From assembly GCA_963848615.1 (NCBI GenBank), contig CAWKEK010000005.1, positions 48,007-112,006 on the forward strand: a stretch of DNA of 64,000 bases. The letters run 5' to 3'. Position numbers and translations under genes: made by a program. Of this stretch, positions 1-8,931 are shown piece after piece (the first letter of the stretch is position 1; each line of letters begins with the position of its first letter). The notes under the pieces were generated by a model. The model saw nothing but the letters and a program-made list of their open reading frames with translations. It was not told the DNA's origin and did no database searches. The DNA comes from an uncultured Candidatus Babeliaceae bacterium (lineage in GTDB: Bacteria > Babelota > Babeliae > Babelales > Babelaceae).

Positions 1-144
1 AAATTAATTCATGGCCGTGTAATTTTTAGGTTATTCTCATTTGATGACCCAGAAAATTCGTGGATGATTATTTCTCTTTTGAAAAACCCTATAAGCTTTT
101 GGAGTAAAATCCGCTGGGACCGTTGTTTCCAATGGATTAAATAA
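1..144 (+). CDS. 3' end of an unidentified gene entering from the left edge (partial)
   Basis: Frame 1 is open from base 1 to TAA at 142-144 (...SFWSKIRWDRCFQWIK*). No recognisable motif. Confidence 0.25.
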   Translation, partial: KLIHGRVIFRLFSFDDPENSWMIISLLKNPISFWSKIRWDRCFQWIK

Positions 145-165
145 AAAAACGATAAAGGAATTCGT

Positions 166-663
166 ATGAAATTTTTCAATGTACTGGCACTGACAGCAAG
201 CATTTTAATTTTACCCGGTTGTTTTTGGAATAATACTCCTGAAACAAAAACTGTTTCTGAAGAACCAGTATCGCTCCATGTCGTTAATGTTCTTTCAAAA
301 GATATGTATGACGATGCACATATCAAAGGTTCTGTACATATGGATCTTGATGATTTAGATATGTATGCTGAAAAATGGAACAAAGAGACGCCTCTCGTCT
401 TTTATTGTTCTAACTATCAATGTTCTGCTAGTGGCCATGCTGCAAAAGTGTTTAAAAAAGCTGGCTTTAAGCATGTCTATGCCTATGAAGGTGGCGCTGC
501 TGAATGGTCCCAACTTGGTTTTCCCATGGAGGGCAGTCGTACTGAAGAAATCTCTAGTTATTTAAATCAGCCTGCAGGGACTCAGCAAGAGGGTCAACAT
601 GACTTTGATATCATAACTGCTGCTGAGTTAAAAGATATGATGATTAAGGCAGGCTTACTCTAA
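166..663 (+). CDS. Rhodanese-domain sulfurtransferase, probable lipoprotein
   Basis: The leader ends in the lipobox LPGC. There is a rhodanese-like active-site loop (FYCSNYQCSASGHAA) and a C-terminal YEGGAAEW motif. Confidence 0.8.
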   Translation: MKFFNVLALTASILILPGCFWNNTPETKTVSEEPVSLHVVNVLSKDMYDDAHIKGSVHMDLDDLDMYAEKWNKETPLVFYCSNYQCSASGHAAKVFKKAGFKHVYAYEGGAAEWSQLGFPMEGSRTEEISSYLNQPAGTQQEGQHDFDIITAAELKDMMIKAGLL

Positions 664-710
664 TTAAAAGTGTACTATAATTATAAATTTGATATATTTG
701 GAACAGATAA

Positions 711-784
711 GGCGGCATAGCCAAGTGGTAAGGCATGGGACTGCAAATCCTTGATCCCCGGTTCGAATCCGGGTGCCGCCTCCA
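711..784 (+). tRNA. tRNA-Cys (GCA), CCA encoded
   Basis: Cloverleaf folded by hand: acceptor GGCGGCA/TGCCGCC, anticodon loop CTGCAAA, T arm CCCGG-TTCGAAT-CCGGG, then discriminator T and CCA. Confidence 0.9.
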
Positions 785-823
785 TCCTGCGCTCCTGCTG
801 AGCTCCGGGTGGCAGGCCAGCCT
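785..823 (+). repeat. GC-rich 3' trailer motif shared by both tRNA genes (copy 1)
   Basis: TCCTGCGCTCCTGCTGAGCTCCGGGTGGCAGGCC lies directly after the CCA. About 28 of 38 positions match the trailer at 1104-1142. CCTGC...GCAGG can close a hairpin. Confidence 0.6.
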
Positions 824-933
824 TTTGTGGCTCATAAAAACATAGTAGTGCAAATCTTTTTAGCCTTTTTTATCTAAAAAAGCCTATAGTTAATTGATTT
901 ATCTACAAAGCTGGGTAAACTATTACTATATTT

Positions 934-1027
934 TTGATATAGTTGAGCCGGGGTGGTCCTTCGACTACGCTCAGGATAAACTTTACCACGTAACGTGAAG
1001 TAAGTTGATATAGTTGAGCCGGGGTGG
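934..1027 (+). repeat. 23-bp exact direct repeat duplicating the upstream region plus the first 10 nt of tRNA-Leu
   Basis: TTGATATAGTTGAGCCGGGGTGG occurs at 934-956 and 1005-1027. The 48-nt spacer contains the palindrome CACGT-A-ACGTG. Confidence 0.8.
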
Positions 1028-1103
1028 CGAAATGGTAGACGCAAAGGACTTAAAATCCTTCGAGGGTTTCCTCGTGCCGGTTCGAGTCCGGCCCCCGGCA
1101 CCA
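1018..1103 (+). tRNA. tRNA-Leu (UAA) with long variable arm, CCA encoded
   Basis: Acceptor GCCGGGG/CCCCGGC, anticodon loop CTTAAAA, variable arm CGAGGGTTTCCTCGT, T arm GCCGG-TTCGAGT-CCGGC. Confidence 0.93.
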
Positions 1104-1142
1104 TCCTGCACTCTTGCGCAGCCCGAGATGGCAGGCCGTATT
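1104..1142 (+). repeat. GC-rich 3' trailer motif shared by both tRNA genes (copy 2)
   Basis: TCCTGCACTCTTGCGCAGCCCGAGATGGCAGGCC lies directly after the CCA and aligns with 785-823. Confidence 0.6.
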
Positions 1143-1222
1143 GCGTTTCTCTTCTTTTTATTTATAAAATATCTTTGTCCTTGGTACTATAAGAATTATT
1201 ATCTATATACCAAAGAAACACC

Positions 1223-2233
1223 GTGAATAATAAGATCTTCATAATTTTTTTTATTATCCTATCATCTTTTAATGTGCTTGCAGAATCCCATTATCATTGC
1301 AACTTAGTGCGATTTAGCCAGGAACTTTTGGTTGATGGAAAGTTCACCGCAGAGAGTTTGAAAAAATTTTTAGTGTCGGCCTATAACGAACGAAAAATTA
1401 CTGACCCCGCTTTTGCTGTCGGAGACTGTTTAGTGGTCAAAGACCTTACCGGACAGGGTGGCGTATTGACCGGTCAGCTTTTTCTGGTAAAAAGCTTTCA
1501 GGGACAAACAGAGCGTGAGTTTATTGTTAAAGAACTCATTGCTGGCGAAAATGAAATATCAGATCTCATCCAGGTAGCGCATTACCAACCGGTGCACCCC
1601 TATATTTGGCCGAAATCTGTTAAAGATTTTCCCATCATTTACTTACCCATTGCCTATCTATATTACAGTGCTGACGATAAAGACTATTATTTTTCCTTAA
1701 TGCCAAAAGCACAGGGCCAAGAATTCTTCAACCTTATGAACTCTTATGTTGCCAACCCTTGCCAAGAACATACAATGCATCTGCATAAAGCGTATGCCGC
1801 CTTAGGCAGAACGTTGGCCCATTTTCATAGCCATTTTATGCAACCTGATAACCATTCACTTAAGGGGCTTACCATTACGCATGGTGACCTGCATGCGCGC
1901 AATATTTTTTATGACCTAGAAAATGATACTATCTCTTGGATAGATAATCAGTCCATGAGGGCATCTATACACGAACGTCAATCGTTGTTTGTTGATATGC
2001 ATGAGGCATTGTGTAAACATTTACATGATTATGACTGGCTTGGATTTGATAAAAATATACGTGATAACCCACAAAGCTGGATAGATTCTTTTTACCCAGG
2101 GTTCTTTGATAATTATCTCAGAGAATATGGCCCAGAGAAAAAAAAACATGCTCAGGAGCTCCAAGAAATTTTGCTGAGTATTGAAGATGAGCGATTACGA
2201 AATTTGTGCATTTCGGCTATTAATTTTGATTGA
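1223..2233 (+). CDS. Secreted kinase-like protein (APH/choline-kinase-type phosphotransferase fold)
   Basis: GTG start and hydrophobic leader (IFIIFFIILSSFNVLA). Candidate beta3 Lys in REFIVKEL, catalytic-loop motif HGDLHARNIFYD, and a downstream metal-binding-like ISWIDNQ. Confidence 0.6.
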   Translation: MNNKIFIIFFIILSSFNVLAESHYHCNLVRFSQELLVDGKFTAESLKKFLVSAYNERKITDPAFAVGDCLVVKDLTGQGGVLTGQLFLVKSFQGQTEREFIVKELIAGENEISDLIQVAHYQPVHPYIWPKSVKDFPIIYLPIAYLYYSADDKDYYFSLMPKAQGQEFFNLMNSYVANPCQEHTMHLHKAYAALGRTLAHFHSHFMQPDNHSLKGLTITHGDLHARNIFYDLENDTISWIDNQSMRASIHERQSLFVDMHEALCKHLHDYDWLGFDKNIRDNPQSWIDSFYPGFFDNYLREYGPEKKKHAQELQEILLSIEDERLRNLCISAINFD

Positions 2234-2365
2234 TATAATCAGCATATTCAACTAGCCCCATTAAAAAGCTTGACAATTTTTGCCGATTTTTTCACTATAC
2301 AGAATAGTGTTAGTTCTTTACGCAAAATTTAAGTGTACAGATTAAAAAAAAATTAAGGAAAAGTT

Positions 2366-2641
2366 ATGAACAAAGCAAAACTTATTGAACACATGTCAAA
2401 AATGACAAAAATGCAAAAAAGTGAATGTAAAAGAGCACTTGAAGCATTAATTAAATCTGTTGGCCAAAGCCTTAAAGGCGGCAAATCAGTAGTTCTTACT
2501 GGTTTTGGAACATTCTCTGTTATGAAACGTAAAAGCAGAATGGGCGTAAATCCAGCAACGGGTAAAAAAATGACTATCGCTGCAAAAAAAGTAGCTAAAT
2601 TTAAGCCAGGCAAAGCTCTTAAAGAGTTAGTAGCTGCTTAA
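2366..2641 (+). CDS. hup: HU/IHF-family DNA-binding protein
   Basis: MNKAKLIEHM...GFGTFSVMKRKSRMGVNPATGKKMTIAAKKVAKFKPGKALK is a typical HU arm. AAGGAA RBS upstream. Confidence 0.9.
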   Translation: MNKAKLIEHMSKMTKMQKSECKRALEALIKSVGQSLKGGKSVVLTGFGTFSVMKRKSRMGVNPATGKKMTIAAKKVAKFKPGKALKELVAA

Positions 2642-2675
2642 AAAATGATGCTAACAGTAAGCTCATAAGTAAAAA

Positions 2676-2706
2676 AGACGTCGTGGTATCCACGACGTCT
2701 TTTTTT
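2676..2706 (+). terminator. Rho-independent terminator after hup
   Basis: Hairpin AGACGTCGTGG-TAT-CCACGACGTCT followed by T6. Confidence 0.8.
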
Positions 2707-2766
2707 AGCGCATCAAATGATGTATACTACAAAAAATTATTATATTACTTTTTAAGGAGCATAAGT

Positions 2767-3192
2767 ATGGATATGAATTCAGCTGACATGGCAACATCTT
2801 CAGTTGCTGTCGAAACACCGGTAGCACCCATGGAAAACGTAACTTCATCACAAGGATGGCTTGATGTTATTAAAGAACGTTTTAATAGCCAAGAACCGTG
2901 GGCAATTGAGTTAGTTATTTTCGGATTGGGTGGTTTTGTAGCAGGCTTTTTACTCAAAAACTTTGGTAGAATAGCCTTGATACTTTTGGCAATCGCCGTG
3001 GTTTCAATTCTTGGTCTCCATTATACCCATCTGTATGATATGCCCTTTGAAAAGCTCCAAGCCTTACTTGGCATTTCTGATGTAAATACCTTACAAGATA
3101 TTATCACCATGAAAATTGCATGGGCTAAAGATCATCCAGTTGCTATTGTTTCAGGAGTAGTAGGTCTTCTTGTTGGGTGGAAAGTTGGCTGA
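2767..3192 (+). CDS. Small membrane protein (2-3 TM), unknown function
   Basis: ATG at 2767 follows an AAGGAG RBS; the longer ORF from 2683 runs through the hup terminator. Hydrophobic segments WAIELVIFGLGGFVAGFLL, IALILLAIAVVSILG and AIVSGVVGLLVGW. The 3' end overlaps the next gene by 23 nt. Confidence 0.5.
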   Translation: MDMNSADMATSSVAVETPVAPMENVTSSQGWLDVIKERFNSQEPWAIELVIFGLGGFVAGFLLKNFGRIALILLAIAVVSILGLHYTHLYDMPFEKLQALLGISDVNTLQDIITMKIAWAKDHPVAIVSGVVGLLVGWKVG

Positions 3193-4357
3193 TTTTGTTG
3201 ATACAACATTTTCTGCAGTAACCTTTATAGATGATCTTTTGAATGCGGCCCTTTCAGAAAAAGCTTCTGATGTCCATGTTGAGTCAACGCAACAGGGAAT
3301 CAAGGTCCGTTTTCGTACTGATGGTATGCTACACACCGTGCGTGAAGTCACCCATGCCGACGCTTACCATGTCATTGCCCGGCTCAAGGTACTTGCACAT
3401 CTTGATGTGAGTGAACGGCGGCTTGCACAAGACGGTAAATTTTCTTTTGTAGTGCCACATGCGTCGGTTGACATGCGTGTGGCAACTTTTCCAAGTCTGT
3501 ATGGTGAGCATGTTGTTATACGAATACTTGACCGCTCACATGATTATTTTAATGTTGAAACATTAGGTTTTTTTGCTGACATGAGCCAACAGTTCACCCG
3601 GCTCATCGAGCTTTCTCATGGCCTTGTTTTGGTCACCGGGCCAACCGGTTCAGGTAAAACAACCACCTTATACAGCGCTCTTAATCTTATTAATCATCAA
3701 GAAAAACATATTATTACCTTAGAAGAGCCGATAGAATATTCTTTTGATGGGATCACCCAAGCACAGATTCGCCCGGAGATCGGGTTCACCTTTGCAACGG
3801 CTTTGCGTTCGGTATTGCGCCAAGACCCAGACATTATTCTTGTAGGTGAAATACGTGACTATGAAACTGCAGAAATCGCTATTCAGGCAGCCCTTACCGG
3901 CCATCTTGTAGTAAGCACGTTGCATACCACCGATGCCCCATCAGCAATTATTCGTTTAATTGACATGGGTGTTCGTTCATTTTTAATTAATGCTACCGTA
4001 ACCGGTGTTCTTGCACAACGGCTGGTGCGAAAACTATGCACAGAATGCCGTTATGAAACTGAGGTTCCTACTGAGTATCAAAGTGCCGCCAAACGATACG
4101 GCATTCCACTAGAGTGCGTCTGGAGTGCAGACGGATGTGCAGTGTGCAACGATACGGGTTATCGTGGACGCATCGGCATCTTTGAGCTTCTGTTAGTAAG
4201 TGATGAGATGAAAGAGATTATTACGCGACGGCCATCATATACGCAGTTGTATGAAGCTGCGGTTAAAAGTGGCATGCGGACATTAATGCATGACGGTCTT
4301 CTTAAGGTCGCTCAAGGCCTAACATCAATTACAGAACTTGCCCGCGTACTTGGGTAA
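3170..4357 (+). CDS. GspE/PilB-family secretion or type IV pilus assembly ATPase (short form, no N-terminal domain)
   Basis: Walker A GPTGSGKTTT, Asp/Walker B box DPDIILVGEIRD, His box TGHLVVSTLHT, tetracysteine motif CTEC...CAVCNDTGYRGRIGIFE. Confidence 0.85.
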   Translation: MLGGKLADFVDTTFSAVTFIDDLLNAALSEKASDVHVESTQQGIKVRFRTDGMLHTVREVTHADAYHVIARLKVLAHLDVSERRLAQDGKFSFVVPHASVDMRVATFPSLYGEHVVIRILDRSHDYFNVETLGFFADMSQQFTRLIELSHGLVLVTGPTGSGKTTTLYSALNLINHQEKHIITLEEPIEYSFDGITQAQIRPEIGFTFATALRSVLRQDPDIILVGEIRDYETAEIAIQAALTGHLVVSTLHTTDAPSAIIRLIDMGVRSFLINATVTGVLAQRLVRKLCTECRYETEVPTEYQSAAKRYGIPLECVWSADGCAVCNDTGYRGRIGIFELLLVSDEMKEIITRRPSYTQLYEAAVKSGMRTLMHDGLLKVAQGLTSITELARVLG

Positions 4358-4360
4358 GTT

Positions 4361-5239
4361 TTATGCAGTTTTTGCATAAAACGATTTAAAATCTTCGTAG
4401 AGGGTGCGCGCAAGTTCGTCCATGATCATAATAGGATCAATTTCTTGAGCATCAGCTTTCTCACCCGCGCCGTCAACAGGAAATCTTTTTTGATCCAAAA
4501 TGCGTTGTGCTACTTTTGTTTGACGAAGGGTATAGGGCGCGTTTGATAGTGCTAAGAATGAACCATCTTCTGGGGCTATTTGTGCAAAGTAGATAAGCGT
4601 ATCGTCTGTGTTAGGGCGTACTAAGGTGCCGTCGGCTTTCTGGACCATCGGTGCATTAACAAGAATCATCTTGCTATTTTTAAAGCCAGCATTATGAAAT
4701 AAATGGACCATCATTTCTGCTTCAGTTGTTACCTCTGCCGGTAGGTTCTCTTTTTCTTTTTCTTGTAATGGTCGTGAGCCGCCTAATAAAACAATATATT
4801 TAAATGTATAGCCTTCATCAATGAGTTTTTTAAGATAGTTCATGCGGTAGGCTACACGCTCTTTGAGCGCACCCATTAAACCGGCATAAGTATAATCATT
4901 TTTTTTGGGTTTTATTTCGTCGATCATACCAAGTTGTTTGAGCTCTTGTATAATCGTTGAGCTGTTTTGTTGTATATCTTTGTGAACAGGGTTTGGTGCT
5001 TGTGCATCCCAGCGTTCACCTGTGCGTAAAAGATTTTTCTGGGCAAACGCATTGGCTTCTTGTAATGTTGTTATCCGTTCATTGAGTAATGCAAAAATAT
5101 TTTTTGTCGGAGCCGTAAGTTGTCCAAGCTCATGAAAGGGCTCGATATGCGCTTTGGCTTGAAACGGGTGGTGCATTACCATTAATGCAATGCTTAAAAA
5201 TGCTAAAATTGTTGTTGGAATAGCAAGCTTTTTATTCAT
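4361..5239 (-). CDS. Secreted protein, possibly YdcF/DUF218-like
   Basis: Leader LAFLSIALMVMHHPFQA. Motif order IVLLGGSRP ... TEAEMM ... RPNTDDT ... LALSNAPYTLRQ resembles DUF218. Weak by-eye call. Confidence 0.45.
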   Translation of the reverse strand: MNKKLAIPTTILAFLSIALMVMHHPFQAKAHIEPFHELGQLTAPTKNIFALLNERITTLQEANAFAQKNLLRTGERWDAQAPNPVHKDIQQNSSTIIQELKQLGMIDEIKPKKNDYTYAGLMGALKERVAYRMNYLKKLIDEGYTFKYIVLLGGSRPLQEKEKENLPAEVTTEAEMMVHLFHNAGFKNSKMILVNAPMVQKADGTLVRPNTDDTLIYFAQIAPEDGSFLALSNAPYTLRQTKVAQRILDQKRFPVDGAGEKADAQEIDPIMIMDELARTLYEDFKSFYAKTA

Positions 5240-5287
5240 GAAAATTTCCCTTAGTACTTGGACAGGCTCAGTGTGAAACGGCTGTCT

Positions 5288-6565
5288 TTAACTATGCATT
5301 ATATGATAAAACGTATATTTTACGTGGTTCATTCTACTCGTGCGCGCACGGTAGCCATATTCTTTTAAAAAATCAAAACTTAATGGCTGTATTTTATAAT
5401 GCCGGATATCCCGCAGTTGTGCAACTTTTTTTGAGCCGATCAGATGATGTGTTGATAATGAAAGAAGATTTTTATCCGTATGCTCAAAATTCATGGTAAT
5501 AGTATGAAACCCCGGAACAAGGTCCAATGACTCAATACTTTTTATACATGCCGGATAAAGTACCAATACAGGCATCGGTGAAAAGTGGTTCAGTGCCTTG
5601 CGGATCGAAGATCGTTTACGAAAGTGGCTTGGTAGGGTATACGTAGTGCAACAAAAAAAACTTTCGTGACTAAAAACATACGGGTTATTATGAACCGATA
5701 GACAAACATCCAGAACCCGTGGACCCTTTTTATCATGCATTGGCAGCGGTATAGCAAGCTCTTGTAAACTTCGTACACAATAGTGTTGCGGTGTTGAGAT
5801 AATATCAAGATTTTGTACTTTATCCCCACACGAATAAAGATTGATAATGGTCCCAAACATCGATGAACTTATCATCGGCTGCATTTTTTCTTTATATAAA
5901 GGCGTTGCACATAAAATGGCTGTGTCTATATACAGTTGCTGATGCGGATACTGTTTTTGTATAGTGGGCAGGTGCGCAATAAGTTGCCCGCCATGGCTAT
6001 GTGCATAAAGCTCAAATTTTATGCGGGCGTTGGGGTACTGTTGCTGCAAATTATTTTTTATTGCAAGTAAACTTTCATACAGATAACCGGACTCTTTATT
6101 CCGCTTGCGTTCACTTAATGCTCCAGACCAACCAAAGGTATAATAGTGGTATGCGCCTTGGCGGTTACTGACACAGCGGTCGGTACGTTCGAATGTGCGT
6201 ATAATCGTGATAGCGGCTTTTTCATCGGTTAATGGATGTGAAAGAGGCACCATAATCTGATTGGTGATATCGGTAATGCCTAAATCTAACACAACGTCAG
6301 AATGGTGTAAAAAAGGGTGCTTGCGTGCTGATGCCATTGCCCGTTCGATCAGCGAGTTTTCACTATATTGATCGCGCCAGCTTGCTGGAATATCGATAAA
6401 AAAACAGCCTGCAAGTACGGTGCCATGAATAAAAACACGTGCAGTAACAAGGGTATGTGTTGGGTCTACTGGTATTGAGAGTTCAGGCGCAGGTTGTAGA
6501 GCGGCAACAACTTTACTAAGCACCATAATAAGAAAAAAAAGAGAAATTTTGAGTACGCGCTTCAT
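5288..6565 (-). CDS. Secreted alpha/beta-hydrolase (lipase/esterase-like)
   Basis: Start moved to MKRVLKISLFFLIMVL (ATG at 6565). Nucleophile-elbow-like LYAHSHGGQL. No other family assignment possible by eye. Confidence 0.55.
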   Translation of the reverse strand: MKRVLKISLFFLIMVLSKVVAALQPAPELSIPVDPTHTLVTARVFIHGTVLAGCFFIDIPASWRDQYSENSLIERAMASARKHPFLHHSDVVLDLGITDITNQIMVPLSHPLTDEKAAITIIRTFERTDRCVSNRQGAYHYYTFGWSGALSERKRNKESGYLYESLLAIKNNLQQQYPNARIKFELYAHSHGGQLIAHLPTIQKQYPHQQLYIDTAILCATPLYKEKMQPMISSSMFGTIINLYSCGDKVQNLDIISTPQHYCVRSLQELAIPLPMHDKKGPRVLDVCLSVHNNPYVFSHESFFCCTTYTLPSHFRKRSSIRKALNHFSPMPVLVLYPACIKSIESLDLVPGFHTITMNFEHTDKNLLSLSTHHLIGSKKVAQLRDIRHYKIQPLSFDFLKEYGYRARTSRMNHVKYTFYHIMHS

Positions 6566-6928
6566 AACAAACCTAACAATAACGCGCAAACCAACGCGTC
6601 CAGACCAACCACTATAAATTGTATAATAGAATTAATGGGGTGTCAAAAATAACTTATGTTTTTTGAAGAAATAAGTGGTAGAAATGTAAGTTACCTATCC
6701 TGCGTGTCACCCCCGATAACTCTTGCAGAGGGCTTTACGCTCAAAACTAGCTCGATACAGCACGTCGTGCAACATCTCGCGTCGACCCGGCGTTGCCGGG
6801 TTTGACAGTTGAGGCTAACTTGATGATAGTATAGACGGTCTGTAATTTATCCGCAGCTATTAGCCAGAATACGCTCTTTTTGTTACGCTAATAGTATAAA
6901 AATATTATATAATTAACGCAGCTTTTCT

Positions 6929-7600
6929 ATGGTTTCTTTAAAGAATTTCTCTGTTTCAGCCCAAACTGTCCCTATTGTTCATGGTATCACTCATGATTTT
7001 ATCAATGGTCAACTGGTGATCATCTCAGGTGATAATGGCTCAGGTAAAAGTACTCTGGCCTGTTCACTCATGGGCCTTTCTGGATATACCTGCAGTGGTG
7101 AAATACTACTTGATGGCGTTGATATTTCTGGTTGGTCTGTTGAAAAACGTGCCCAAGCAGGTATATTTCTTGGATTTCAGCACCCCATAGAAGTTCCTGG
7201 TCTGCCGATTAAAACGTTTTTGCACTATGCATACAGGTCCTGTAATCCCCAAACTGCACTGAGTGTTGAAGATATTAATCAAAAAATAGAAAAAGCTTTC
7301 GAGCTTGTCCGGTTGCCAGCAGATTATATCGACCGCAATGTGCATGAAGGCTTTTCTGGCGGGCAAAAAAAGCGCTTTGAGCTAGTGCAAATGCTCGTTC
7401 TGGAGCCACGCATTATTATTCTTGATGAGCCAGATTCTGGCCTAGATACTCAAGGTGTTTCTGCGTTAATTAACGTTATTAAAGAATATCGGGCTACCCA
7501 TCAAGATGCTATTTTTATACTTATTACGCATAATACTCAATTGCCACAGCAGCTCAATGCAGACCATACGGTAACCATGTCGGCAGGTAAGCTGCTATGA
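6929..7600 (+). CDS. sufC: Fe-S cluster assembly ATPase SufC
   Basis: ABC ATPase with Walker A GDNGSGKST, signature FSGGQKKR and Walker B IIILDEPDSGLD. Overlaps sufB by 4 nt. Confidence 0.9.
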   Translation: MVSLKNFSVSAQTVPIVHGITHDFINGQLVIISGDNGSGKSTLACSLMGLSGYTCSGEILLDGVDISGWSVEKRAQAGIFLGFQHPIEVPGLPIKTFLHYAYRSCNPQTALSVEDINQKIEKAFELVRLPADYIDRNVHEGFSGGQKKRFELVQMLVLEPRIIILDEPDSGLDTQGVSALINVIKEYRATHQDAIFILITHNTQLPQQLNADHTVTMSAGKLL

Positions 7601-8931
7601 CCCTTAATGGCGCCTGTCTTACAGCAGAGCTTGTTAAAAATATTTCACATGAAAAAAAAGAACCCGCATGGATGCTGGCCTTTCGCCAAGGGGCTCTGGA
7701 ACGGTTTCATGAGAAAAAAATCCCCAGCTGGGCTGCAGACCTGCGTGGTCTGGATTTATCTGATATCACCATGTATGTTAAGCCGTTGGTCAGTGAAAAG
7801 CGTTCATGGCAAGATATCCCACAAGATATAAAAACCACCTTTGAGACCCTGGGAATTCCCCAAGCAGAACAAAAATTTCTTGCCGGTGTCGGCGCACAAT
7901 TTGAATCTGAAGTTATTTATAAAAGTTTAAAACAGGAATGGGCAGACAAGGGTGTACTATTCTGTTCCATGGAAAGCGCCGTACGTGACCACCCAGAACT
8001 GGTTAAAAAATATTTTTCTACCGTTATTCCACCAGATGATAATATTTTTGCAGCGCTCAATTCTGCTTTTTGGTCAGGCGGTAGCTTTGTCTATGTGCCA
8101 CCACAGGTGCAGGTAACCATGCCACTACAGGCTTATTTTAGAATTAATCAACAGCAGATGGGTCAGTTTGAACGAACACTGATTATTGCAGATGTTGGTT
8201 CTTCGGTTCACTATGTTGAAGGCTGCAGTGCGCCGATCTATTCACGCGCCTCATTGCACAGTGCTGTGGTTGAAATTGTTGCGCTTGAAAATGCGCAGGT
8301 GCAATATACTACCATCCAAAACTGGGCACCCAATGTCTATAACTTGGTCACCAAGCGTGCCGTTGCCTACCGTAATGCACGGGTATCGTGGGTTGATGGC
8401 AACTTTGGCAGCGCCGTTACTATGAAATATCCCTGCGTTGTTCTTAAAGAACCGGGTGCACAGGGACAAGTATTGTCACTTGCTGTTGCAGGTGCGCATC
8501 AGCACCAAGATGCCGGTGCTAAAATGATTCATCTTGCTCCGTATACCAGCTCAACTATTGTCTCGAAATCTATTTCACAAAAAGGTGGTCGCGCGTCATA
8601 TCGCGGACTTGTTAAAGTCGTACCATCTGCGCATCATGTAAAATCACGCGTACAGTGCGATGCATTATTACTTGATGATTATTCACGTTCAGACACCTAC
8701 CCCACCGTGACAGTTGCCACGCATGATGCTGATATCGGCCATGAGGCCTCTGTTAGCAAAATTTCAGACGCGCAACTTGAATACCTTTGCAGTCGTGGGC
8801 TCACCCGTCAACAGGCTTTGGGCCTTGTTATGACCGGCTTTGTTAGTGCTTTTGTTGAACAGCTGCCTATGGAATATGCTGTTGAAATTAATCGCTTAAT
8901 CTCTGCAACCATGGAAGGCTCAATTGGATAA
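7597..8931 (+). CDS. sufB: Fe-S cluster assembly scaffold SufB
   Basis: 444 aa containing YVEGCSAP, NWAPNVYNLVTKR and the conserved C-terminal EASVSKISDAQLEYLCSRGL. Confidence 0.92.
   Translation: MTLNGACLTAELVKNISHEKKEPAWMLAFRQGALERFHEKKIPSWAADLRGLDLSDITMYVKPLVSEKRSWQDIPQDIKTTFETLGIPQAEQKFLAGVGAQFESEVIYKSLKQEWADKGVLFCSMESAVRDHPELVKKYFSTVIPPDDNIFAALNSAFWSGGSFVYVPPQVQVTMPLQAYFRINQQQMGQFERTLIIADVGSSVHYVEGCSAPIYSRASLHSAVVEIVALENAQVQYTTIQNWAPNVYNLVTKRAVAYRNARVSWVDGNFGSAVTMKYPCVVLKEPGAQGQVLSLAVAGAHQHQDAGAKMIHLAPYTSSTIVSKSISQKGGRASYRGLVKVVPSAHHVKSRVQCDALLLDDYSRSDTYPTVTVATHDADIGHEASVSKISDAQLEYLCSRGLTRQQALGLVMTGFVSAFVEQLPMEYAVEINRLISATMEGSIG

Noticed and set aside
9-383. 124-aa minus-strand ORF overlapping the rhodanese gene start and the upstream partial gene
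   Set aside because: It lies antisense to a well-supported rhodanese CDS and to an open plus-strand frame. It has no RBS or recognisable motif and its composition is typical of shadow ORFs.
700-2300. tRNA-adjacent genomic island or integrated mobile element
   Set aside because: No integrase, transposase, phage gene or tRNA 3'-end direct repeat was found anywhere in the window. The only tRNA-related repeat involves the 5' end of tRNA-Leu and spans 94 nt.
6706-6713. The 8-mer ATCCTGCG shared between the suf leader and the tRNA-Cys trailer (the tRNA-Leu trailer has ATCCTGCA)
   Set aside because: Similarity does not extend beyond the 8-mer, and an 8-mer is expected about once per strand by chance in 64 kb.
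6590-6928. Possible tmRNA, RNase P RNA, SRP RNA or 6S RNA in the long sufC leader
   Set aside because: I looked on both strands for tmRNA ends (GGGG...UUCGA, T-arm plus CCA), the RNase P GAGGAAAGUCC motif and the SRP GGAA/AGCA domain IV motif, and found none. Only one short hairpin is evident. It is kept as a low-interest unexplained element.
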